Origin: the human T2T-CHM13v2.0 reference genome, Homo sapiens
Direction: 5' to 3' (one strand)
Length of the DNA: 64,000 bases
NCBI RefSeq assembly: GCF_009914755.1
Contig: NC_060933.1
The notes under the pieces: model-generated
What the model saw: only the letters and a program-made list of their open reading frames with translations
Databases searched by the model: none
Told to the model about the DNA's origin: nothing
In this document: positions 43,071 to 55,100 of the stretch, piece by piece
Numbering within the stretch: the stretch's first letter is position 1
Layout: each line of letters begins with the position of its first letter
Program-made: the position numbers and the translations under genes

Positions 43071-46000
43071 ATTCCATTCCATTCCATTCCAATCGAGTTG
43101 ATTCCATTCCATTCCATTCCATTCCATTCCATTCCATTCCATTCCATTCCATTGCAATCGAGTTGTTTCCATTGCATTCCATTCCATTACATTCCATTGC
43201 ATTCCATTCCATTCCATTCCCCTGCACTCAGGTTGATTCCATTCGATTCCATTCCATTCCATTCCATTCCATTCGTTCCATTCCATTCCATTCTATTCGC
43301 TTTAATTGCATTCCATTTCATTCCATTGCATTCCATTGCAATCGAGTTGATTCCATTCCTTTCCGTTCCATTCCATTCCATTCCATTCCATTTCGTTCCA
43401 TTCCATTCTATTCCGTACCATTCCATTCCATTCCATTCCATTCCATTCCATTCCGTTCCATTCCATTCCATGCCATTCCACTCACGTTGATTCCATTGCT
43501 TTCCATTCCATTTGGGTTGAATCCATTCCATTCCATTCCATTCCATTCCATTCCATTCCATTCCATTGCACTAGGTTTGATTCCATTCCACTGCATTCCA
43601 TTCCATTCCATTCCATTCCGTTCCATTCCATTCCATTACATTCGGATTGATTGTATTCAATTCCCTTACAGTCCATTTCATTCCATTCCATTCGGGTTGT
43701 TTCCATACCATTCCATTCCATTCTATTCCATTTCGTACCATTCCATTCTATTCGGTACCATTCCATTCCATTCCATTCCATTCCATGCCATTCCACTTGG
43801 GTTGATTCCCTTCCTTTCCATTCCATTCGGGATGAATCCATTCCATTCCATTCCATTCCATTCCATTCCTTTCCATTCCATTGCATACGGGTTGATTCCA
43901 TTCCATTCCTTTCTGTTCCATTCCGGATGACTCAATTCCATTGCATTCCATTCCATTCCATTCCCCTGCCCTCGGGTTCATTACATTCCATTCCATTTAC
44001 TTCCAATCCATTCCATTCCATTCAATTCCATTCTATTCGGGTTAATTCCATTCCATTCCATTCCATTCCATTCCATTCCATTCCATTCCATTCCATTCCA
44101 TTCCATTCCATTGCAATCGAGTTGATTCCATTCCATTCCATTCAATTCCATATGATTCCATTCCATTGCCTTCAATTCCATTCCATTCCCCTGCACTCGG
44201 GTTGATTCCATTCCATTCCATTCCATTCCATTCCATTCCATTTCATTCCATTCCATTTCGTTCCATTCCATTCTATTCCGTTCCATTCCATTCCATTCCA
44301 TTCCATTCCATTCCATTCCATTCCATTCCTTTTCATTCTATTCGGGTTAATTCCATTCCATTCCATTCCATTCCATTCCATTCCATTCCGTTCCATTCAA
44401 TTCCATTACATTCGGATTGATTCTTTTTAATTCCCTTACACTCCATTACATTCTATTCCATTCGGGTAGTTTCCATACCATTCCATTCCATTCCACTGCA
44501 TTCTATTGCACTCGGGTTGATTGATTCCATTCCATTGCATTCCATTCCATTCCATTCCATTCCATTCCGGAGGATTCCATTTCATTGCATTCCATTGCAT
44601 TCCATTCCCCTGTACTCGGGTTGATCCGATTCCATTGCATTCCATTCCATTCCATTCCATTCCATTCCATTCCGTTCCGTTCCATTCCATTCCCTTCCAT
44701 TCTGTTCAGGTTAATTCCATTCCATTCCATTCCCTTCCATTCCATTCCATTCCATTCCATTCCATGCCATTCCACTCGGGTTGATTCCATTCCTTTCCAT
44801 TCCATTCGAGTTGAACCCATTCCATTCCATTCCATTCCATTCCATTCCATTCCATTCCACTCGGGTTGATTCCATTCCTTTCCATTTCATTCGGGTTGAA
44901 ACCATTCCATTCCATTCCATTCCTTTCGATTCCATTCCATTTCACTCGGGTTGATCCCATTCCATTGCATTCCATTCCATTCCATTGCATTCCATTCCGT
45001 TCCATTCCATTCCATTACATTCGTATTGATTCTATTCAATTCCCTTACTCTCCATTACATTCCATTCCATTCGGGTTGTTTCCATTCCATTCCATTCCAT
45101 TCCACTCCATTCCATTGCAATCGGGTTGATTCCATTCCATTCCATTGCATTCCATTCAATTCCATTCCATTCCGTATGATTCCATTCCATTGCATTCCAT
45201 TCCATTCCATTCCCCTGCACTCGGGTGGATTCCATTCTATTCCATTCCATTCCATTCCATTCCGTTCCATTCCATTCCATTGCATTCCATTCCATTCTAT
45301 TCGGATTAATTCCATTCCATTCCATTCCATTCCATTCAATTCCATTCCATTGCAATCGAGTTGATTCCATTCCATTCCATTCAATTCCGGATGATTCCAT
45401 TCCATTGCATTCCATTCCATTCCATTCCCCTGTACTCGGGTTCATTCCATTCCATTCCATTCCAATCCATGCCATTCCACTCGTGTTGATTCCATTCTTT
45501 CCATTCCATTCAAGTTGAATTCATTCCATTGCATTCCATTCCATTCCATTCCCCTGCAGTCGGGTTGATTCCATTCCATTCCATTCCATTCCATTCCATT
45601 CCATTCCATTCCGTTCCGTTCCGTTCCATTCCATTCCATTCTATTTGGGTTAATTCCATTCCATTCCATTCCATTCCATTCCATTCCATTCCAATCGAGT
45701 TGATTCCATTCCATTCCATTCCATTCCATTCCATTCCATTCCACTCCATTCCAGTCCTTTCCATTCCATTCCACTCGGGTTGATTCCAATGTATTCCTTT
45801 CCATTCCATTCCATTCCATTGCAATCGAGTTGATTCCATTGCTTTGCATTCCATTCCATTCCATTCCATTCCGGATGATTCCATTCCATTGCATTCCATT
45901 CCATTCCATTCCCCTGCACTCGGGTTGATTCCATTCCATTCAACTCCATTCCGTTCCATTCCATTCCATTCCATTGTATTCGGGTTAGTTCTATTCCATT

Positions 46001-49000
46001 CCATTCCATTCCATTCCAATCGAGTTGATTCCATTCCATTCCATTCCATTCCATTCCAGTCCTTTCCATTCCATTCCACTCGGGTTGATTCCATTCTATT
46101 AGTTTCCATTCCATTCCATTCCCTTCCATTCCACTCTGGTTGATTCCATTCCTTTCCATTCCACTCGAATACATTCCCTCCTATTCCACTCGGAACGATT
46201 CCATTCCATTCCATTCCATTCCATTCCATTCCATTCCATTCCATTCCATTTCGTTCCATTCCATTCTATTCCGTATCATTCCATTCCATTCCATTCCATT
46301 CCATTCCATTCCATTCCATTCCACTCGTGTTGATTCCATTCCTTTCCATTCCATTCGGTTTGAAGGCATTCCATTCCATTCCATTCCATTCCATTCCATT
46401 CCATTCCATTCCATTCCATTCCATTGTACTCGGGTTGATTCCATTCCATTGCATTCCATTCCATTCCATTCTATTCCTTTCCATTCCATTCCATTCCATT
46501 CCGTTGCATTCCATTCCATTACATTCGGATTGATTCTATTCAACTCCCTTACTCTCCATTACATTCCATTCCATTCGGGTTGTTCCATTCCATTCCATTC
46601 CATTCCACTCCATTCCATTGCACTCGGGATGATTCCATTCTATTCCATTCCATTCCATTCCATTCCATTCCGGATGATTCAATTCCATTGCATTCCGTTC
46701 CATTACATTCCCCTGCACTCGCGTTGATTCCATTCCATTCCATTCAATTCCATTCCATTACAATTCGTTACATTCCATTCTATTCCGTACCATTCCATTC
46801 CATTCTATACCATTCCATTCCATTCCATTCCATTCCATTCCGTTCCATTCCATACCATTGCATTCCATTCCATTCTATTCGGGTTAATTCCATTCCATTC
46901 CATTCCATTCCATTCTATTCCATTCCATTGCAATCGAGTAGAATCCATTGCATTTCATTCCATTCCATTCCATTCCCCTGCACTAGCGTTGATTCCATTC
47001 CATTCCATTCCATTCCATTCCATTCCATTCCATTCCATTCCGGAAGATTCCATTCCATTGCATTCCATTACATTCCATTCCCCTGCACTCGCGTTGATTC
47101 CATTCCATTCCATTCCATTCCATTCCATTCCATTCCATTCCATTCCGTTCCATTCCATTCCTTTCCGTTCCATTCCATTCCATTCCATTCCATTCCATTC
47201 CGTTCCGTTTCGTTCCGTTCCGTTCTGTTCCATTCCATTCCATTCCATTCTATTCGGGTTAATTCCATTCCATTCCATTCGATTGCAATCGAGTTGATTC
47301 CATTCCATTCCATTCCATTCCATTCCATTCCATTCCATTGCATTCCGGAAGATTCCATTCCATTGCATTCCATTCCATTCCATTCCCCTGCACTCGCGTT
47401 GTTTCCATTCCATTCCATTCCATTCCATTCTATTCCATTCCGTTCCGTTCCGTTCTATTCCATTCCATTCCATTCCATTCCGTTCCGTTCCGTTCCATTC
47501 CATTGCATTCCATTCTATTCGGGTTAATTCCATTCCATTCCATTCGATTGCAATCGTGTTGATTCCATTCCATTCCATTCCATTCCATTCCATTCCTTTC
47601 CATTCCATTACGGATGATTCCATTCCATTGCATTCCATTCCATTCCATTTCCCTGTACTCGGGTTGATTCTATTCCATTCCATTCCAATCCATGCCCTTC
47701 CACTCGTGTTGATTCCATTCTTTCCATTCCATTCAAGTTGAATCCATTCCATTGCATTCCATTCCATTCGATTCCATTCGATTGCACTCGGGTTGATTCC
47801 ATTCCATTGCATTCCATTCCATTCCATTCCATTCCGTTCCATTCCATTCCATTACATTCGGATTGATTCTATTCAATTCCCTTACTCTCCATTACATTCC
47901 ATTCCATTCGGGTAGTTTCCATTCCATTCCATTCCATTCCTCTCCATTCCATTGCACTCGGGTTGATTCCATTCCATTGCATTCCATTCCATTCCATTCA
48001 ATTCCATTCCGTTCCATTCCATTCCATTACATTCGGATTGATTCTATTCAACTCCCTTACTCTCTATTACATTCCATTCCATTCGGGCTATTCCATTCCA
48101 TTCTATTCCATTCCACTCCATTCCATTGCATTCGGGTTTATTCCATTCCATTCCATCCCATTCCATTCCATTCCATTCCGGAAGATTCCATTCCATTGCA
48201 TTCCATTCCATTCCATTCCCCTGCACTCGCGTTGATTCCATTCCATTCCATTCCATTCCATTCCATTCCATTCCATTCCATTCCTTTCCGTTCCATTCCA
48301 TTCCATTCCATTCCATTCCGTTCCGTTCCGTTCCATTCCATTCCATTCCTTTCTATTCGGGTTAATTCCATTCCATTCCATTCGATTGCAATCGAGTTGA
48401 TTCCATTCCATTCCATTCCATTCCATTCCATTCCATTCCTTTCCATTCCATTACGGATGATTCCATTCCATTGCATTCCATTCCATTCCATTCCCCTGTA
48501 CTCGGGTTCATTCCATTCCATTCCATTCCAATCCATGCCATTCCACTCGTGTTGATTCCATTCTTTCCATTTCATTCAAGTTGAATCCATTCCATTGCAT
48601 TCCATTCCATACCATTCCCCTGCAGTCGGGTTGATTCCATTCCATTCCATTCCATTCCATTCCATTCCATTCCATTCCGTTCCGTTCCATTCCATTCCAT
48701 TCCATTCCATTCCATTTTATTCGGGTTAATTCCATTCCATTCCATTCCATTACATTCCATTCCAATCGAGTTGATTCCATTCCATTCCATTCCATTCCAT
48801 TCCATTCCATTCCATTCCACTCCATTCCAGTCCTTTCCATTGCATTCCACTCGGGTTGATTCCAATGTTTTCCTTTCCATTCCATTCCATTCCATTGCAA
48901 TCCAGTTGATTCCATTGCTTTGCATTCCATTCCATTCCATTCCATTCCGGATGATTCCATTCCATTGCATTCGATTCCATTCCATTCCCCTGCACTCGGG

Positions 49001-51258
49001 TTGATTCCATTCCATTCCACTCCATTCCGTTCCATTCCATTCCATTCCATTGTATTCGGGTTAATTCCATTCCATTCCATTCCAATCGAGTTGATTCCAT
49101 TCCATTCCATTCCATTCCATTCCATTCCATTCCATTCCATTCCATTGCAATCGAGTTGTTTCCATTGCATTCCATTCCATTACATTCCATTGCATTCCAT
49201 TCCATTCCATTCCCCTGCACTCAGGTTGATTCCATTCGATTCCATTCCATTCCATTCCATTCCATTCGTTCCATTCCATTCCATTCTATTCGCTTTAATT
49301 GCATTCCATTTCATTCCATTGCATTCCATTGCAATCGAGTTGATTCCATTCCTTTCCGTTCCATTCCATTCCATTCCATTCCATTTCGTTCCATTCCATT
49401 CTATTCCGTACCATTCCATTCCATTCCATTCCATTCCATTCCATTCCGTTCCATTCCATTCCATGCCATTCCACTCACGTTGATTCCATTGCTTTCCATT
49501 CCATTTGGGTTGAATCCATTCCATTCCATTCCATTCCATTCCATTCCATTCCATTCCATTGCACTAGGTTTGATTCCATTCCACTGCATTCCATTCCATT
49601 CCATTCCATTCCGTTCCATTCCATTCCATTACATTCGGATTGATTGTATTCAATTCCCTTACAGTCCATTTCATTCCATTCCATTCGGGTTGTTTCCATA
49701 CCATTCCATTCCATTCTATTCCATTTCGTACCATTCCATTCTATTCGGTACCATTCCATTCCATTCCATTCCATTCCATGCCATTCCACTTGGGTTGATT
49801 CCCTTCCTTTCCATTCCATTCGGGATGAATCCATTCCATTCCATTCCATTCCATTCCATTCCTTTCCATTCCATTGCATACGGGTTGATTCCATTCCATT
49901 CCTTTCTGTTCCATTCCGGATGACTCAATTCCATTGCATTCCATTCCATTCCATTCCCCTGCCCTCGGGTTCATTACATTCCATTCCATTTACTTCCAAT
50001 CCATTCCATTCCATTCAATTCCATTCTATTCGGGTTAATTCCATTCCATTCCATTCCATTCCATTCCATTCCATTCCATTCCATTCCATTCCATTCCATT
50101 CCATTCCATTGCAATCGAGTTGATTCCATTCCATTCCATTCAATTCCATATGATTCCATTCCATTGCCTTCAATTCCATTCCATTCCCCTGCACTCGGGT
50201 TGATTCCATTCCATTCCATTCCATTCCATTCCATTCCATTTCATTCCATTCCATTTCGTTCCATTCCATTCTATTCCGTTCCATTCCATTCCATTCCATT
50301 CCATTCCATTCCATTCCATTCCATTCCTTTTCATTCTATTCGGGTTAATTCCATTCCATTCCATTCCATTCCATTCCATTCCATTCCGTTCCATTCAATT
50401 CCATTACATTCGGATTGATTCTTTTTAATTCCCTTACACTCCATTACATTCTATTCCATTCGGGTAGTTTCCATACCATTCCATTCCATTCCACTGCATT
50501 CTATTGCACTCGGGTTGATTGATTCCATTCCATTGCATTCCATTCCATTCCATTCCATTCCATTCCGGAGGATTCCATTTCATTGCATTCCATTGCATTC
50601 CATTCCCCTGTACTCGGGTTGATCCGATTCCATTGCATTCCATTCCATTCCATTCCATTCCATTCCATTCCGTTCCGTTCCATTCCATTCCCTTCCATTC
50701 TGTTCAGGTTAATTCCATTCCATTCCATTCCCTTCCATTCCATTCCATTCCATTCCATTCCATGCCATTCCACTCGGGTTGATTCCATTCCTTTCCATTC
50801 CATTCGAGTTGAACCCATTCCATTCCATTCCATTCCATTCCATTCCATTCCATTCCACTCGGGTTGATTCCATTCCTTTCCATTTCATTCGGGTTGAAAC
50901 CATTCCATTCCATTCCATTCCTTTCGATTCCATTCCATTTCACTCGGGTTGATCCCATTCCATTGCATTCCATTCCATTCCATTGCATTCCATTCCGTTC
51001 CATTCCATTCCATTACATTCGTATTGATTCTATTCAATTCCCTTACTCTCCATTACATTCCATTCCATTCGGGTTGTTTCCATTCCATTCCATTCCATTC
51101 CACTCCATTCCATTGCAATCGGGTTGATTCCATTCCATTCCATTGCATTCCATTCAATTCCATTCCATTCCGTATGATTCCATTCCATTGCATTCCATTC
51201 CATTCCATTCCCCTGCACTCGGGTGGATTCCATTCTATTCCATTCCATTCCATTCCAT
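39945..51258 (+). repeat. ~5993-5998-bp tandem duplication
   Basis: ORF offsets 40538/46536, 41340/47338, 43163/49156, 44166/50164 and 44951/50949. Homology ends just after CGGGTGGATTCCATTCT (~45260 / ~51258). Confidence 0.92.
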
Positions 51259-52199
51259 TCCACTCCATTCCATTCCATTCTATTCGGGTTAATTTCATTC
51301 CATTCCATTCCATTCCCTTCCATTGCATTCCATTCCATTCCATTCCATTCCATTGAAATCGAGTTGATTCCATTCCATTCCATTCCATTCCATTCCATTC
51401 CATTCCATTCCATTCTATTCGGGTTAATTCCATTCCATTCCATTCCATTCCATTCCCTTCCATTCCATTCTATTCCATTCCATTCCATTCCATTCCATTC
51501 TAGTAGGGTTAATTCCATTCCATTCCATTCAATTCCATTCCATTCCATTCCATTCCATTCCATTGCAATCGAGTTGATTCCATTCCATTCCATTCCATTC
51601 CATTCCATTCCATTCCATTCCATTCAATTCCATTGAACTCGGGTTGATTCCATTCCATTCCATGCCATTCCGTTTCATTCCATTCCATTCCATTCCATTC
51701 CATTCCATTCCTTTCCGTTCTATTCAATTACATTCGGATTGATTCTATTCAATTCCCTTACACTCCAATACATTCTATTCCATTCGTGTTGTTTCCATTC
51801 TATTCCATTCCATTCCACTCCATTCCATTGCACTCTGGTTGATTCCATTCCATTCCCTTCCATTCCGTATGACTCCATTCCATTTCATTCCATTGCATTG
51901 CTTTCCCCTGCACTCGAGTTGATTACATTCCATTCCATTCCCTTCCTTTCCGTTCCATTCCATTCTATTCGGGTTAATTCCATTCCATTCCATTACATTC
52001 CATTCCATTCCATTCCATTCCATTCCATTCCATTCCATTCCATTCTATTCGGGTTAATTCCATTCCATTCCATTCCATTCCATTCCATTCCATTCCATTG
52101 CAATCGAGTTGATTCCATTCCATTCCATTCCATTCCATTCCATTCCATTCCATTCCGTTCCATTCCATTCCATTACATTCGGATTGATTCTTTTTAATT

Positions 52200-55100
52200 C
52201 CCTTACACTCCATTCCATTCCATTCCATTCGGGTACTTTCCATTCCATTCCATTCCATTCCACTGCATTCTATTGCACTCGGGTTCATTGATTCCATTCC
52301 ATTACATTCCATTCCATTCCATTCCCCTGCACTCGGGTTGATCCCATTTCATTGCATTCCATTCCATTCCATTCCATTCCATTCCATTCCGTTCCATTCC
52401 ATTCCATTCCATTCTGTTCAGGTTAATTCCATTCCATTCCATTCCTTTCCATTCCGTTCCATTCCATTCCATTCCATTCTGTTCAGGTTAATTCCATTCC
52501 ATTCCATTCCCTTCCATTCCATTCCATTCCTTTCCATCCCATTGCAATCTAGTTGATTCCATTGCATTCCATTCCATTCCATTCCATTCCATTGCATTCC
52601 ATTCCATTCCATTCACCTGCACTCAGATTGATTCCATTCCATCCCATTCCATTCCATTCCGTTCCATTACATTCCATTCCATTCTATTCGCGTTAATTCC
52701 ATTCCATTCCATTACATTACATTCCATTGCAATCGAGTTGTTTCCATTCCATTCCGTTCCATTCCATTCCATTCCATTCCATTTCGTTCCATTCCATTTT
52801 ATTCTGTACCATTCCATTCCATTACATTCCATTCCATTCCATTCCATGCCATTCCACTCGGGTTGATTCCATTGCTTTCCATTCCATTTGGGTTGGATCC
52901 AATCCATTCCATTCCATTCCATTCCATTCCATTCCATTCCATTCCATTCCATTGCACTAGGTTTGATGACATTCCACGGCATTCCATTCCATTCCATTCC
53001 GTTCCATTCCATTCCATTACATTCGGATTGATTGTATTCAATTCCCTTACACTCCATTACATTCCATTCCATTCGGGTTGTTTCCATTCCATTTCATTCC
53101 ATTCCACTCCATTCCATTGCACTCAGGTTGATTCCATTCCATTCCATTCCATTCCATTCCATTTCGTTCCATTCCATTCTATTCCGTACCATTCCATTCC
53201 ATTCCATTCCATTCCATGCCATTCCACTCAGGTTTATTACATTCCTTTCCATTCCATTCGGGTAGAATCCATTCCATTCCATTCCCTTTCATTCCATTCC
53301 ATTCCATTCCTTTGCACTCGGGTTGATTCCATTCCATTCCCTGCCATTCCATTTCATTCCATTCCATTCCATTCCATTCCATTCCATTCCGTTCCATTCC
53401 ATTCCATTACATTCGGATTGATTGTATTCAATTCCCTTAAACTCCATTACATTCCATTCCATTCGGGTTGTTTCCGTTCCATTACATTCCATTCCACTCC
53501 ATTCCATTGCACTCAGGTTGATTCCATTCCATTCCATTTGGTTCCATTCCATTCTATTCCGTACTATTCCATTCCATTCCATTCCATTCCATGCCATTCC
53601 ACTCGGGTTGATTCCATTCCTTTCCATTCCATTCGGGTTGAATCCATTCCATTCCATTCCATTGCATTCCGTTCCATTCCATTCCCCTGCAATCGGGTGG
53701 ATTCCATTCTATTCCATTCCATTCCATTCATTCCATTCCATTCCATTCCATTTCGTTCCATTCCATTCTATTCCGTACCTTTCCATTCCATTCCATTCCA
53801 TTCCATTCCATACCATGCCATTCCACTCGGGTTGATTCCATTCCTTTCCATTCCATTCTAGTTGAATCCATTCCATTGCATTCCATTCCATTCGATTCCA
53901 TTTAATTGCACACGGGTTCATTCCATTCCATTCCATTCCATTCCATTCCGTTCCATTCCATTCCATTTCGTTAAATTCCATTCTATTCCGTACCATTCCC
54001 TTCCATTCCATTCCATTCCACTCCGTTCCATGCCATTCCACTCGGGTTTATTCCATTCCTTTCCATTCCATTCGGGTTGAATCCATTCCATTCCATTCCA
54101 TTCCATTCCATTCCATTCCATTCCATGCCATTCCACTCGGGTTGATTCCATTCCTTTCCATTCCATTCGAGTTGAACAAATTCCATTCCATTCCATTCCA
54201 TTCCATTCCATTCCATTGCTCACGGGTTCATTCCATTCCATTCCATTCCATTCCATTCCATTCCATTCCATGCCATTCCACTCGGGTTGATTCCATTCCT
54301 TTCCATTCCATTCGAGTTGAACAAATTCCATTCCATTCCATTCCATTCCATTCCATTCCATTGCTCACGGGTTCATTCCATTCCATTCCATTCCATTCCA
54401 TTCCATTTCGTTCCATTCCATTCTACTCCGTACCATTCCATTCCATTCCATTCCCTTCCATGCCATTTCACTCGGGATTATTCCTTTCCTTTCCAATCCA
54501 TTCGGGTTGAATCCATTCCATTCCATTCCTTTGCATTCCATTCCATTCCATTCCCCTGTAATCGGGTGGATTCCATTCTATTCCATTGCATTCCATTCCA
54601 TTCCATTCCATCCCATTCCATTCAATTTCGTTCCATTCCATTCTATTCCGTACCTTTCCATTCCATTCCATTCCACTTCACTCCATGCCATTCCACTCGG
54701 GTTTATTCCATTCCTTTCCATTCCATTCGGGTTGAATCCATTCCATTCCATTCCATTCCATTCGATTCCATTACTTTGCACTCGGATTGATTCCATTGCA
54801 TTCCATTCCATTACATTCCATTGCATTCCATTCCATTCCATTCCCCTGCACTCAGGTTGATTCCATTCGATTCCTTTCCATTCCATTCCATTCGGGTTGT
54901 TTCCATTCCATTCCATTCCATTCCACTCCATTCCATTGCAATCGGGTTGATTCCATTCCATTCCATTGCATTCCATTCCATTCCATTCCATTCCGTATGA
55001 TTCCATTCCATTGCATTCCATTCCATTCCATTCCCCTGCACTCGGTTGGATTACATTCTATTCCATTCCATTCCATTCCATTCCATTCCATTCCATTCCA

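Larger units (their letters stand above)
532..48189. promoter_or_regulatory. Dispersed putative heat-shock elements ATTCCGGAAGATTCC (nTTCn-nGAAn-nTTCn), ~28 copies
   Basis: Start positions: 532, 1536, 2378, 2608, 3445, 5856, 7469, 9291, 11457, 13244, 15410, 17197, 18045, 18898, 21046, 24171, 25890, 27339, 28846, 37953, 38258, 39096, 41044, 41344, 42182, 47037, 47342, 48175. The match to the canonical HSE is exact; function is inferred only. Confidence 0.5.
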
